Source: Nitrospirota bacterium (GTDB lineage: Bacteria; Nitrospirota; UBA9217). Taken from it: DNA of 64,000 bases. The notes under the pieces were generated by a model, which saw nothing but the letters and a program-made list of their open reading frames with translations, made no database searches and was not told the origin of the DNA. How positions within the stretch are numbered: position 1 is the first letter of the stretch; each line of letters opens with the position of its first letter. Where the stretch lies: positions 64,001 to 128,000 of the forward strand of contig CAVWHO010000008.1 in NCBI GenBank assembly GCA_963754875.1, written 5' to 3'. The translations under genes and the position numbers were made by a program. Below are positions 1-9,937 of the stretch, in pieces.

Positions 1-917
1 TGCCACGACGTGCCGCAGGCCACAATGAATATTTTTTTGGTCGACTTGAGCCGCCCGTAGGCAGTGCCGATCTCTTCGAGGTGGATGGCGCCCGTGTCCT
101 GGGAAAATCGTCCCCGGATCGTGTCCATGATGGCGCGGGGCTGTTCGTAGATTTCCTTCAGCATGAAGTGACGGTAGCCGCCCTTCTCGGCCATGACCGG
201 GTTCCACATGACCCGCGTGATCTCCCGGTGAAGCTCGGCGCCCTTGAGATCGGTGAGTCGCACGCCTTCCGGGGAGAGGATCGCCATTTCATCGTCGTTC
301 AGGAACAGCACATCCCGCGTCCGGTGCAGGATGGCCGGGATGTCCGATGCAAGAAAGAACTCGCCTTGACCGAGACCGACCACGAGGGGGCTGCCCTTGC
401 GCGCGCCCACGACGACATCGGGATTTCGTTCATCGATGACGGCGATGGCGTAGGCGCCCTCCAGGTGCAGCGCCGCCTCGCGCACCGCATCTTCGAGCGG
501 CATGCCCTTTTCCGCGATGCGGTCGATCAGGTGGGCGATCACCTCCGTGTCCGTCTCGGACCGGAACACGCAGCCCTTTGCTGCGAGGTCTTTTTTGAGT
601 TCAATATAATTCTCGATGATGCCGTTATGGACGACTACGACACTGCCTGCGCGGTGGGGGTGGGCGTTTTCTTCCGACGGCCTTCCGTGCGTGGCCCAGC
701 GAACGTGCCCCACGCCTATCCTGCCCGTCAACATCTCACTGCGGAGCACGGCTTCGAGGTTCGCAAGCTTGCCGACGGCCCTGCGGACGACAAATTGCCC
801 ATTCTGCAGCACTGCTATTCCTGCTGAGTCGTAGCCGCGGTACTCAAGCTTCCTGAGCCCCTCAATCAGGATCGGGACTGCCGGTTCTTTTCCGATGTAT
901 CCGATAATTCCGCACAT
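1..917 (-). CDS. glmS: Glutamine--fructose-6-phosphate aminotransferase (3' part runs off the window)
   Basis: Manual translation from ATG at 917 gives MCGIIGYIGKEPAVPILIEGLRKLEYRGYDSAG, the Ntn-amidotransferase N-terminus with catalytic Cys; GHVRWATHG follows; lies directly downstream of glmU. Absent from the ORF track because it has no stop in the window. Confidence 0.96.
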   Translation of the reverse strand, partial: MCGIIGYIGKEPAVPILIEGLRKLEYRGYDSAGIAVLQNGQFVVRRAVGKLANLEAVLRSEMLTGRIGVGHVRWATHGRPSEENAHPHRAGSVVVVHNGIIENYIELKKDLAAKGCVFRSETDTEVIAHLIDRIAEKGMPLEDAVREAALHLEGAYAIAVIDERNPDVVVGARKGSPLVVGLGQGEFFLASDIPAILHRTRDVLFLNDDEMAILSPEGVRLTDLKGAELHREITRVMWNPVMAEKGGYRHFMLKEIYEQPRAIMDTIRGRFSQDTGAIHLEEIGTAYGRLKSTKKIFIVACGTSW

Positions 918-944
918 GTTCGTAATGCTCCACGGTAAGATGTG

Positions 945-2330
945 TTATTTGCTCTTTTGCTTCATTTTTTTTCTGCGATCTACAAAGCCCTCACGGATTT
1001 CCTGCGGCACGCGGCTGATAGCGAGTGCACGGGCAGGGACATCGCGGGTGATCGTTGCCCCTGCAGCGATGAGCGCCCCTTCACCGACCTTCACCGGTGC
1101 GACAAGCTGCGCGTCACTGCCCACAAATACGTTGTCTTCGATGATTGTCCGGTGTTTCTCGTAGCCGTCATAGTTGCAGGTGATGACGCCCGCCCCGATG
1201 TTTACGTCCCCGCCGATGGTTGCGTCGCCGATATAGGCAAGGTGGTTCGCCTTACTCCCTTTGCCTATCGTAGATTTTTTGACTTCGACGAAGTTCCCGA
1301 TGTGCGCCCCCTCACCGATCATCGCACCCGGACGCAGGTGCGCAAAAGGGCCAATTACCGCACCGGAAGCGACCTCGCTTTCCTCAATGAGCGATGAGTC
1401 TTTTATCGTAACACGGCCGGCGATCACGCTGTCAACTATCCGTGTACCTGGGTAGATCGTGCAGGCATCACCGATCTTCGTCCGGCCCTCGATCCTGACA
1501 TTCGGATACAAGGTTACATCGCGGCCGAGCGACACCTCTTTCCCGATAAAGACCGTATCGGGGTCGTGCATGGTCACGCCTTCACTCATCCATCGCCGGT
1601 TGGTCCGCTGCCGAATGACGGCCTCGGCGCGGCTCAAGTCGTATCGGGAATTTACCCCCATGACTTCGTCCGGATCGCTGCACAGCAGCGCGGAAACGGT
1701 GCGCTTCTTTTTTCGTGCAAGTTCGATTGTGTCTGTAAGATAGTATTCGCCCTGGGCGTTGTTCTTTCCCAGTGAGGCGAGCGAGGAGAGCAGGAACTGG
1801 GGGTCGAAACAGTAGATGCCGGCATTTACTTCTTCTATCTTTTTCTGCGCAGCGGTGGCGTCCTTCTCTTCCACGACGCGCATGACGCCGCTCTTCCCGC
1901 GCACAACCCTGCCGTACCCGAAGGGAGTTTTGGTCCGAAAGGTCAGGAGCGTGACCGCAGCGCGCGATTTTGCATGGAGAGCGATGACATCCTTGAGCGT
2001 TTCACTCGTGAGAAGCGGCGTATCGGCGCACAGGATCATGACCGGCCCGGAACCAGCGGCGATGGCGTCTGCCGCCTGTTGCACGGCATGGCCTGTACCA
2101 AGCTGTTCAGCCTGCAACACAATAGTGACCCGGGAACCCCCGAGTGCGTTCTTCACCTGGTCTGCCTGATGTCCCAGCACCAGGACGACCTTTTTCGGCA
2201 CAACACCCGAAGCTGCGTTCAGCACATGCTGTATCAGCGGCAATCCCGCGAGCGGATGAAGTGCTTTTGCCAGGCCGGATTTCATGCGCGTACCGAGGCC
2301 CGCTGCAAGAATTACGATCGTCGGATTCAC
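945..2330 (-). CDS. glmU: Bifunctional UDP-GlcNAc pyrophosphorylase / glucosamine-1-phosphate acetyltransferase
   Basis: LAAGLGTRMKS, EQLGTGHA, GYGRVVR, NNAQGEYYLTD motifs; C-terminal hexapeptide repeats with GNFVEVKK and NYDG. Confidence 0.98.
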   Translation of the reverse strand: MNPTIVILAAGLGTRMKSGLAKALHPLAGLPLIQHVLNAASGVVPKKVVLVLGHQADQVKNALGGSRVTIVLQAEQLGTGHAVQQAADAIAAGSGPVMILCADTPLLTSETLKDVIALHAKSRAAVTLLTFRTKTPFGYGRVVRGKSGVMRVVEEKDATAAQKKIEEVNAGIYCFDPQFLLSSLASLGKNNAQGEYYLTDTIELARKKKRTVSALLCSDPDEVMGVNSRYDLSRAEAVIRQRTNRRWMSEGVTMHDPDTVFIGKEVSLGRDVTLYPNVRIEGRTKIGDACTIYPGTRIVDSVIAGRVTIKDSSLIEESEVASGAVIGPFAHLRPGAMIGEGAHIGNFVEVKKSTIGKGSKANHLAYIGDATIGGDVNIGAGVITCNYDGYEKHRTIIEDNVFVGSDAQLVAPVKVGEGALIAAGATITRDVPARALAISRVPQEIREGFVDRRKKMKQKSK

Positions 2331-2960
2331 TTACCGCACCTCCTGTGCGTTATGCTTCAGTTTGTCGGCCTGGAGTTCACTCAGGGGGACAAGCCCGAGC
2401 GAGATGATGAATTTCATCCCCTGTTCAACGGTCATGTCTATCCGGGTGACTTCTGCTTCAGGTAGGATGAGCAGAAAACCAGCCGTAGGATTCGGCGTGG
2501 TAGGAACAAATACGGTCACAAGCCTGCCGAGGAGGCCGAGAGCATCTCCCCGTACCTCACCGGTCATGAACCCCACGCTGTAGCAGCCTTTGCGCGGATA
2601 TTCAACGAGGGCCACCCCGTGAAACTGGTGCTTCATGGAGAAAGTCTCCATGACCTGCTTTACGGTAAAATAGACACCCCGGACAAGCGGCACCTTGTGC
2701 AGCAGTTCATCGCTTATCTTGACGATCCTGCTGCCCAGATAGTTCGCAAAAAGTCCGCCGACGAGCAGGACGAACAGGAATAGCGTGAGGATGCCCAGCC
2801 CGGGGATACGGCGCCCCAGGAAATGGGCCGGGAGGTCTCCCAGAATGCCATCAATCACACTGAGAAGCGCTGCCAGAACGTAGTAGGTGGCCCACACCGG
2901 CAGGATGACCAGCAGGCCGGTGATAAAATATTTTTTTACAAAATCCTTTATTTTCTTCAC
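2331..2960 (-). CDS. DUF502 family membrane protein
   Basis: KYFITGLLVILP, VPLVRGVY, LVEYPRKG, VFVPTTPNPTAGF motifs. Start placed at GTG 2960, just after a promoter (ORF track extends to 3017). Confidence 0.9.
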   Translation of the reverse strand: MKKIKDFVKKYFITGLLVILPVWATYYVLAALLSVIDGILGDLPAHFLGRRIPGLGILTLFLFVLLVGGLFANYLGSRIVKISDELLHKVPLVRGVYFTVKQVMETFSMKHQFHGVALVEYPRKGCYSVGFMTGEVRGDALGLLGRLVTVFVPTTPNPTAGFLLILPEAEVTRIDMTVEQGMKFIISLGLVPLSELQADKLKHNAQEVR

Positions 2961-2967
2961 GTTTGTA

Positions 2968-2996
2968 ATATTACTGATTTTACAGTGAGGTTGCAA
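2968..2996 (-). promoter_or_regulatory. Sigma70-type promoter for DUF502-glmU-glmS, probably leaderless
   Basis: Minus strand reads TTGCAA-17 nt-TAATAT-7 nt-GTG, with no Shine-Dalgarno. Confidence 0.55.
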
Positions 2997-3038
2997 GCTT
3001 TTTTTCGGAACGGCCATGGAACGACGGTCTCGTCAATT

Positions 3039-3069
3039 AAAAAAGGCCTCCCGGAATCCGGAAGGCCTT
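3039..3069 (-). terminator. Intrinsic terminator after the DUF4382 lipoprotein gene
   Basis: Minus strand AAGGCCTTCCGGA-T-TCCGGGAGGCCTT followed by a T run, about 20 nt after the stop codon. Confidence 0.8.
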
Positions 3070-3087
3070 CAAAATCAGAGCGGGCAA

Positions 3088-4707
3088 CTACCAGAGCGGT
3101 ACCATCTGCATGTCCGCCGTATCGTTGCCAATGCGCAGATCAACAACTTGCGGTATCGCCACGGCACTGTAGGGAAGCGTTGACGACGGCATGGGTGTCG
3201 AGGACCACCCCAAAGCCTCTATGCCGTAGAATGCTCCGGGAAGAGGTGTGATGGCTGATCCTCCCGGGAGATTGATCATCGTATAGGTCCCACCCGTCGC
3301 CATTTCAGCATCGATACCCATGGCGTCCACGATCATGCCGCCATGCACCGCAAAGAGCACGCCCCTGTCCATTTTGTTGCTCATTTTGAGCGGCATCGTC
3401 ATCGAGATCGTTCCTGCTACGCTGTTGCCCTGATAGGGCGACGTTACCGTGAGCGCAGGGAACGTAACCGACGATGTCGAAGCAGTCACGGCCTGATAGC
3501 CGCTGCGGTCGAAAAGGTCCCCGTCAGCAGCAGCTTCATATCCTCCAATCCCCTCCTGAGGGGTTACGGTGGACAATGTGATGGGGCCGGTCGTGTACGT
3601 ACCTAACGAAAGCGGCATGTTCGAGAGTGGGAATCCGGTAAACTTCCCGGTCAGCGGATGGAAGTGACGGAACCGGATCTCGTAGGGGTACTCTCCTGTG
3701 CCCGGCAGTGTCTGGTAAAAGTTAACCCATGCACCGGTCGGCGATACGATAGTTGCGGACGCCGAATAGTCCTGCGAACCGGCCGCCGTCATGGTGATTG
3801 TCCCCAGATCGGTCGCTCCGCTTGTCGGGGTTGCGCCCGTGGTAATGGGCACGCCCTTGATGATGACCGTCTGATAGTTTACGCCGCGTATCACAACATC
3901 CCATGTGCTCGTTACCCGCGTCGATACCGGATAAAGGACAAACGTTCCGTCGGACCGCGGGACGGTCCAGCGCCGTATCTCATGGTAGGTGTTGGTGCCG
4001 TCGGAAGTCAGCCGCTCGGCTTTGATGACGAAGCGAGGCGCCGTGGTAAACGTACCGCCGGTAGAGAGTTTCCCGATAATTGCCCCGACATGATCGAGAT
4101 CGAAATAGGCAAGCCTTGGCTTCAGGATATATTCTCCTGTCCGGAAATCAACGATGTCGTGGCCTGCGTCGAAATCAATAGCGAGCCTGAGCATTCCTGC
4201 CGTCGCCATGGAGAATGATCCGACCAGCCTGATTCCGTGCAATGCGTCGGGGATATGGAGCGGTGATTCAACACCTCCGGTTACGACTTCATTATTGTAT
4301 TGAAGACTCAACGCCTGAGCCGAAGCAGTCAGCGGGTCTTCTGTGCCGGCAAGAATTACCCTGATCTGCTGATAATTGCCTGAGGGCAGCTGGATGTTGT
4401 TCCACAGGGCTTGCGATAAGTTTCCGTTCGCGAGCGTAAGCAGATCCAGGGTCACCGGTGTTGCCAGCGGATATTTGAGCCATCCTGCTTCGTTCGGACC
4501 CGCAGCATCGCTCGTGTGAAACCAGATATCTTTCACCGTGATATACACCTGATCGAAGTCCCCCGGCGCGTCAGTGACCATGACGCTCAACGTTCCTGAC
4601 GGTACACCACTTCCGCTGCTGGACGAGCTTGAACTGCCGCACGCCTGCAGAGTAAATGCTGCGGCCAGCAAAACCATAAGCACTACCAGATACCTGCAAT
4701 ACTTCAT
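3088..4707 (-). CDS. DUF4382-domain lipoprotein
   Basis: Lipobox LQAC, Ser-rich linker, GTLSVMVTDAP, LPSGNYQQIRVIL, IDFDA...YILKP motifs; Thr-rich beta-strand-like C-terminal half; GGAGG RBS. Confidence 0.8.
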   Translation of the reverse strand: MKYCRYLVVLMVLLAAAFTLQACGSSSSSSSGSGVPSGTLSVMVTDAPGDFDQVYITVKDIWFHTSDAAGPNEAGWLKYPLATPVTLDLLTLANGNLSQALWNNIQLPSGNYQQIRVILAGTEDPLTASAQALSLQYNNEVVTGGVESPLHIPDALHGIRLVGSFSMATAGMLRLAIDFDAGHDIVDFRTGEYILKPRLAYFDLDHVGAIIGKLSTGGTFTTAPRFVIKAERLTSDGTNTYHEIRRWTVPRSDGTFVLYPVSTRVTSTWDVVIRGVNYQTVIIKGVPITTGATPTSGATDLGTITMTAAGSQDYSASATIVSPTGAWVNFYQTLPGTGEYPYEIRFRHFHPLTGKFTGFPLSNMPLSLGTYTTGPITLSTVTPQEGIGGYEAAADGDLFDRSGYQAVTASTSSVTFPALTVTSPYQGNSVAGTISMTMPLKMSNKMDRGVLFAVHGGMIVDAMGIDAEMATGGTYTMINLPGGSAITPLPGAFYGIEALGWSSTPMPSSTLPYSAVAIPQVVDLRIGNDTADMQMVPLW

Positions 4708-4968
4708 AAATTTATACCTCCTTCGTATTCCGTATTTTTGAGATTTTTTTTCGGCGTCAGTTCGGACGTCGTTGTCTAATTATGACACGCAGAATGTTGG
4801 AAAGTTAAATCGAGACCTCAACATTTTCACATACGATAGCGCAGCTCGCCTTCCTGCGCTTAAAATGCACAAAGAGCGGGCATGAAGGATACCACGTTAT
4901 TGAAAAATCAAGGAAGGAGTTTCGGAACGCCGTGCGCTTTTGCAACAGAAATGCGAAAGGAATGAAAA

Positions 4969-5448
4969 TTACCAGGAATTGTAGGTAGTGCCGTCTACTG
5001 CGATTAATGGACTGGCACTATGTACGTCGAACACGCCACTGTTGTCCTCGCCTTCAGGTGCGACCGTGATCCAGTCACTGGCGCCGGTAAAGGGGTCCTT
5101 GGGGATGTCCCGCAAATAGCTCTTGGTTTTCTCCTGCTGGTTGATCAGGTCCTGGAGCGTGGGCGGATAGTTACCGTTGTCAGCATAATACTGATCAACG
5201 GCTTCTCGCATCTGGAACAGGTCTTCCCGGAGAACGGCTTCCCGGGCACGGATGATCGAGGTCTTTAAGCTCGGCTGCGCAATGGAAACGAGAATTCCCA
5301 TGATGGCCATCACGACCATGAGTTCCAGGAGTGTGAAACCTTTACTATTCCGCAATGGGATTGCGCACTGCGGGTCGTGCCTGCCGGACTCCGGATTGCA
5401 AACTCCGTTGTCGCCGTGTTCTGTCCTCATTCGTCGCCGTTTTAGCAT
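4969..5448 (-). CDS. GspG-like pseudopilin
   Basis: Prepilin site KG|FTLLELMVVMAIMGIL, AREAVLREDL, YLRDIPKDPFT, ends DGTTYNSW. Start uncertain. Confidence 0.9.
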   Translation of the reverse strand: MLKRRRMRTEHGDNGVCNPESGRHDPQCAIPLRNSKGFTLLELMVVMAIMGILVSIAQPSLKTSIIRAREAVLREDLFQMREAVDQYYADNGNYPPTLQDLINQQEKTKSYLRDIPKDPFTGASDWITVAPEGEDNSGVFDVHSASPLIAVDGTTYNSW

Positions 5449-5505
5449 ATCGCTGTCACGCTTCCCGTTGTCAGGTCTTCTTTACACTTTGAACTGTGTT
5501 GTTTT

Positions 5506-6042
5506 CTACCAGGTGTTATATTTCGTTCCGTCAAGCGCTACGGCTTCGCTCTTCGAATAAACATCGTAAACATTCCCGCCGCCCCACTGGTTTGAATCGG
5601 GAGAATCGCTGTAGGAACGCAAACCCCAATTATTGGTATTGCCCGGAGATTCGATTGGCGTCATAGGGTCCTGGGGGATCCGGCGAAGATATTTTCTGAC
5701 CCGGTCCGCAACTCCGGCAAGTTTCAGCGGCTGGGTCAGTTGTTCAAGCGTTTCGGGATAATTGTACTGGTCCGGGTCGCAATACCCCTCCACCGTGGAC
5801 AGTTTTTTCCCCTCACAGTCTTTCTTGAATGCGTCGATCGCCGTGCGCAAAATCCGCAAGTTGTTTCGCAGTTCGATTTCCTTTGCCCTTTTTATGGTCA
5901 TACGCGAGAGCGGCATGGCAGCCGAGGCCAAAATGGAAATGATCGCAATGACGACGAGCAGTTCGATGAGGGTGATGCCGTTCCGCCGCGTTTTCCGCAT
6001 GGAGTTTATCCCGGTCCCCTCGGGGCATCCAGATTTCCGCAT
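5506..6042 (-). CDS. GspG-like pseudopilin
   Basis: NG|ITLIELLVVIAIISIL, YLRRIPQDPMT, ends DGTKYNTW. Alternative start at ATG 6000. Confidence 0.9.
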   Translation of the reverse strand: MRKSGCPEGTGINSMRKTRRNGITLIELLVVIAIISILASAAMPLSRMTIKRAKEIELRNNLRILRTAIDAFKKDCEGKKLSTVEGYCDPDQYNYPETLEQLTQPLKLAGVADRVRKYLRRIPQDPMTPIESPGNTNNWGLRSYSDSPDSNQWGGGNVYDVYSKSEAVALDGTKYNTW

Positions 6043-6049
6043 TCGCTGT

Positions 6050-8404
6050 TTACTTCACAACCACTTTCGCGCTCTTCAGGTCGGTCTTTATCGGTTCCCT
6101 GATGAAATTCGTGAGCTTTGCGCTCCGGAGGGCCATTTCACTCGAACCGCCGGATTTGCCCTGAAATACGATGGCGCAGAGACTGCCGGCGCCGCTCACG
6201 CCGCCGACATCACCGATCCTGGTCATATAAATGTCAACCGTTCCCGTCTTGATATTGTTCGAGAAGAGGAAGGAAGTCTGCTGGCCGTCAGATTTCAGCA
6301 GCCCTCCTTCGCTGGCTGTCCTGAATTCCACTACTTTGGGGTCATAGCTCAGCGTCAGAATCGCTCCGTACAGGTCTTTAACCCTGCCCGCATTGATGTC
6401 GAACCGCGCCTCCTGACCAAGCTGCGTGACCGCACTGGGGGGCTTGATTTCCAGGAGTACGGGGCCGCCTGCAGTGGACGGCTCGCCGGTAGACGTGGGA
6501 GCCGTTGCCAGTTTTGGCACTTCGACACTTACCGGGGCTGGCGGAGTTTCCCGTTTCGCCATCGCTTCGAGCATGGCGGTCTTGTCGAGGTGCTTTTCCG
6601 GTGGTTTGGAGCTCTTCCCTGCGTAAACGAAGAGCGGCTTCGTGTCGTATGCCTCCTCCGTACCCGACCAGAAGGTCTGCGTGTCCTTGTCCGGCAACTC
6701 CATGTTGCGTACGATGTTCGGCGTGATGGACATGAGGATGTCGGTCTTGACCGTACTATCGTCGTTGGACGAGAACAGCCTGCCGAGGATGGGGATGTCT
6801 CCGAGGAGCGGGATCTTGATCCTTGCTTTTCGTTCCTCGTCTTTGATCAGGCCGCCGATGATCACCGTTTCCCCATCCCGGAGGTTTATGAACGTCTCCG
6901 TACTGCGGTTGCCGAATTCATACTGCTTCTGGCCATTTCCGAAATCCAGCAGACTGCCGAGCGTGCTGACCTCCAGCTTCAAATTAAGCAAAACCGAATT
7001 ATCAAGATGGACCGTCGGTTCGATGTTCAGCTTGATGCCGACATCTTTATAATCGAACTGCGACGTGACGGCGGCCGTTGCCGTGGACTGGATCGTGGAC
7101 GTCTGGATCGGTATCCGGTCGCCGATGAGGAAACTGGCCTTTTTGTTGTTCATGACGCGCACGCGCGGGTTGGCCAGCGTCTGGGCGTCGGAATCCTGCT
7201 TGATCAGGTTCACCACCACGCTCGGGAGGGTAACGAAGATGTTCTGGTTCGACAGGTGAGTGAGCGTACTCAAGGCGATCCCTGAGCCCGTTGTCGGAGT
7301 CGTCGATCCCGGCAAGGGCTGCACCGAAGCAGAGGCGGACAGGCCCGGCTGAAAATTCCATCCATAGGTCTGCGCGTTGGTGCGCGAGATCTCGAGGATC
7401 TCCACATCGAGGATGACCTCTGCCTCTTTGAGGTCGTTTGCCGCGATGACCTTTTCGACGAGCTTCATTTTCTCCGGAGTATCCCGGATAGTGAGAGAGT
7501 TCAACGCTTCGTTCACGTACACTTTTTTCACATCCAGCATGGACCGGATGACGTTGATCATATCCTTTGCCTTGGCGTTATTGATATAAAAGGTCTTGAC
7601 CATCAGGTCCTGGTACTGGTCCGTCTTGGCTTTGTTCTTCGGAATTATGATGATCGTATCGGCGCTGATTTTTTTCATAAAGAGCTTGTTTGTCGAAAGA
7701 AGCAGGTTCAACGCGTATTGGAACGACACGTCTTTGACGAAGATAGTCACCGGTTGCGCTTTCACTTCCTCGTCGAAGAGGATGTTGATTCCCGAGAGCT
7801 TGGACAGGAACTCGAACACGTCCTTGATGTTGGTGTTCTTGAAGTTCAACGTAATGGGTTTGTCCGAAGCCAGCGTGAGTGCGTCCTCGGGTTCGATTTC
7901 GGTTTTTTTCTTCCGCAATTTGTCCAGGGCATCGCGGTATTTTACATTCTCCGCGTCAAGCTCCACGGCCTGGTTCAGCTCGTTGATAGCGTCTCCAAGC
8001 CTCCCGAGCTCCACGAAGCTCAGCGACGTCCGGTAATGGTCTTCCGCCTCCTTCATGTCCAGAACGGATTTGAGCGCGCTCTGGATGGCCGCGTTGGTGG
8101 GATTCAGGTACACTGCCTGCTGAAGTTCGGTGATGGCCTGGTCGAGTTTGCGTTCCTTCAGGAAATTACGCGCCCTTTTGTAGTGTTCGTTCGCGGCAGT
8201 TTCCTGGGCCCGCATCAACGTAGCGCGGTACTGGATGTCCTGAGGATCGCGCTTGTTTGCCTCCCGATATTCCTTGACCGCGAGGTCCCACTCTCCGTGC
8301 TGGGCATACCGCTCTCCGCGCTGGAACGCCTGGGAGCTTGCGCAGCCGGACAGCATTGCTGATATCATCATGACAGCAATAAGCTGGAGCATGATTCTTT
8401 TCAT
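6050..8404 (-). CDS. Secretin (GspD/PilQ family) with lipobox, TPR repeats and C-terminal cohesin-like domain
   Basis: LSGC lipobox; TPR-like helices; ITLNFKNTNIKDVF N0 domain; LANPRVRV, YKDVGIKL, LRDGETVIIGGLI, KIPLLGDIPILGRLF secretin signature; C-terminal LSYDPKVV...GAGSLCAIVF. Confidence 0.93.
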   Translation of the reverse strand: MKRIMLQLIAVMMISAMLSGCASSQAFQRGERYAQHGEWDLAVKEYREANKRDPQDIQYRATLMRAQETAANEHYKRARNFLKERKLDQAITELQQAVYLNPTNAAIQSALKSVLDMKEAEDHYRTSLSFVELGRLGDAINELNQAVELDAENVKYRDALDKLRKKKTEIEPEDALTLASDKPITLNFKNTNIKDVFEFLSKLSGINILFDEEVKAQPVTIFVKDVSFQYALNLLLSTNKLFMKKISADTIIIIPKNKAKTDQYQDLMVKTFYINNAKAKDMINVIRSMLDVKKVYVNEALNSLTIRDTPEKMKLVEKVIAANDLKEAEVILDVEILEISRTNAQTYGWNFQPGLSASASVQPLPGSTTPTTGSGIALSTLTHLSNQNIFVTLPSVVVNLIKQDSDAQTLANPRVRVMNNKKASFLIGDRIPIQTSTIQSTATAAVTSQFDYKDVGIKLNIEPTVHLDNSVLLNLKLEVSTLGSLLDFGNGQKQYEFGNRSTETFINLRDGETVIIGGLIKDEERKARIKIPLLGDIPILGRLFSSNDDSTVKTDILMSITPNIVRNMELPDKDTQTFWSGTEEAYDTKPLFVYAGKSSKPPEKHLDKTAMLEAMAKRETPPAPVSVEVPKLATAPTSTGEPSTAGGPVLLEIKPPSAVTQLGQEARFDINAGRVKDLYGAILTLSYDPKVVEFRTASEGGLLKSDGQQTSFLFSNNIKTGTVDIYMTRIGDVGGVSGAGSLCAIVFQGKSGGSSEMALRSAKLTNFIREPIKTDLKSAKVVVK

Positions 8405-8642
8405 TATCCGCCTCCTCACGTCGACTATTCCGAAAATCCGGGCACGTCATTCCGGACCAAAAAGCATTTCTCCCGGCTTCCGCGCAGTGGCTTCACCCGG
8501 CAGGAGCCTAAGAATTGCACGTCGCGTATTCACGCTGCTCTCCCCACCGTCCGGCAGGTGACGGTTTGCTGATAAGAACGAAGAGCTGCTATTGGTGCGG
8601 CAGCAGTTTCTGCTGTATTTCCTTTTTCAGTTCCTTGACTTC

Positions 8643-9386
8643 CTACTTTTGAAGCTGCCGCCGCATCAGCGGCGGGGCCTGGTTCTGCTGCGGCTGTGCG
8701 GGCTGTTGAATCGACGGCTGAACCGCCGGCTGCGGCCATTGCTGCTGCACGGATGGTGCCTGCGGCGCCGGCGGCTGCTGCAGCGCATTATGAGGCTGCG
8801 CCGTCTGCAGCGGTGTAACGGCGCCGGACAAGTCGATGCGAACCTCCACCCTGGTGATCGTGTCGAGCATAACCACAAAGTCCTTGCTCGCCTCTTTCAC
8901 TTTATAATTTTTCAACACCCGGTCTCCGCTCTTTACGATAAACAATTCTCCGTCCTTAGACAAAAAAAGAGAGTTCTCCTTATCGGTAAGGTATCCGAGA
9001 AAGCGGAACTTCGACAGGTCGGCACGCGACGCCTCGGCAGCGATCTCTTCCGGCGTTTTCACCGGCACGGGGGGCGGAGCAGGAGGCAGCACGACTATCG
9101 GCGCCGGTTTCGGCTTCACCGCCGGGTTTTCCATCCTGAAAAAATCGCGGGCAACCCCCGGATACCGTTCATCGTGCCGCTCCAGAAACACATTCAAGGG
9201 GTCGGCCCCGCTTCCGCGTGACAACAGCCCCTGCCGTACCGGGGAACTGGCCACGGCGCCACGCTCATACATGAGCGGCGCGGTCTTCGGCTTGCCTCCG
9301 ATCATGAAGTTGTACCCGTTTACCAGCGCGATAAGGACAATCAGCGCGACGAGCGTGATTTTCTGTTGTTCTTTGGTAAAAGTCAT
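8643..9386 (-). CDS. Membrane-anchored hypothetical protein in the PilP/GspC position, with Pro/Gln-rich segments
   Basis: N-terminal TM segment; FRFLGYL...FLSKDGELFIVKSGD small beta domain; lies between pilO-like and secretin genes. Confidence 0.7.
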   Translation of the reverse strand: MTFTKEQQKITLVALIVLIALVNGYNFMIGGKPKTAPLMYERGAVASSPVRQGLLSRGSGADPLNVFLERHDERYPGVARDFFRMENPAVKPKPAPIVVLPPAPPPVPVKTPEEIAAEASRADLSKFRFLGYLTDKENSLFLSKDGELFIVKSGDRVLKNYKVKEASKDFVVMLDTITRVEVRIDLSGAVTPLQTAQPHNALQQPPAPQAPSVQQQWPQPAVQPSIQQPAQPQQNQAPPLMRRQLQK

Positions 9387-9937
9387 TAAAACTCGTTGCC
9401 TTTTATGTACGTTACGAGCTTCATATCGAGACTGACTTGCCCCTGTTCAGCCCCCAGTTTCAAATCCTGGATACCGACGAGCCGATCTGCGGTCTCGACA
9501 TCGTAGATGAACCGCTTGATCTCCGGATACCTGCCCTCAGCGGGGAACGAGAACGCAACCATGACAAGTTCCTCTCCCGCACGCTTCTTCATGTCGTATT
9601 TCACCGAAGCCACCCCGAGCTTGAGCCTTCGCGCCGTCTGCACCAGGTCTTTGACGAGGAGCGGCATGTCCTTCTGGGAAGGGACTCCTGCCATGATCCC
9701 GGCAAAGGAAGGTTTCTGTTTCTCGAACAGTACGGCCTCTGCGTGACGCTGCCTGAGTTCCCCGTACCGTGTCTCCCCCGCCCTGATCCGGGCCAGGGTG
9801 GGCGCGACGAGGAGTCCGTACAGGATGAGGTTCACACAGAAAAGCCCGGCAAACGCCAGAGCGGGCACCCGCAGTTTCCTAGCGAATTCCGCGAACCGCA
9901 GCTGCGTTTTTATTGCCGTAATAGATTGCCACGACAT
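9386..9937 (-). CDS. PilO/GspM-like protein
   Basis: Single TM, coiled segment, EGRYPEIKRFIYDVE motif; operon position. Confidence 0.8.
   Translation of the reverse strand: MSWQSITAIKTQLRFAEFARKLRVPALAFAGLFCVNLILYGLLVAPTLARIRAGETRYGELRQRHAEAVLFEKQKPSFAGIMAGVPSQKDMPLLVKDLVQTARRLKLGVASVKYDMKKRAGEELVMVAFSFPAEGRYPEIKRFIYDVETADRLVGIQDLKLGAEQGQVSLDMKLVTYIKGNEF

Noticed and set aside
5762..7285. 507-aa plus-strand ORF, and similar long antisense ORFs (81-827, 45266-46105, 47755-48861, 53574-54614, 56564-58234)
   Set aside because: They are shadows of well-supported genes on the opposite strand in GC-rich coding DNA and carry no recognisable motifs.
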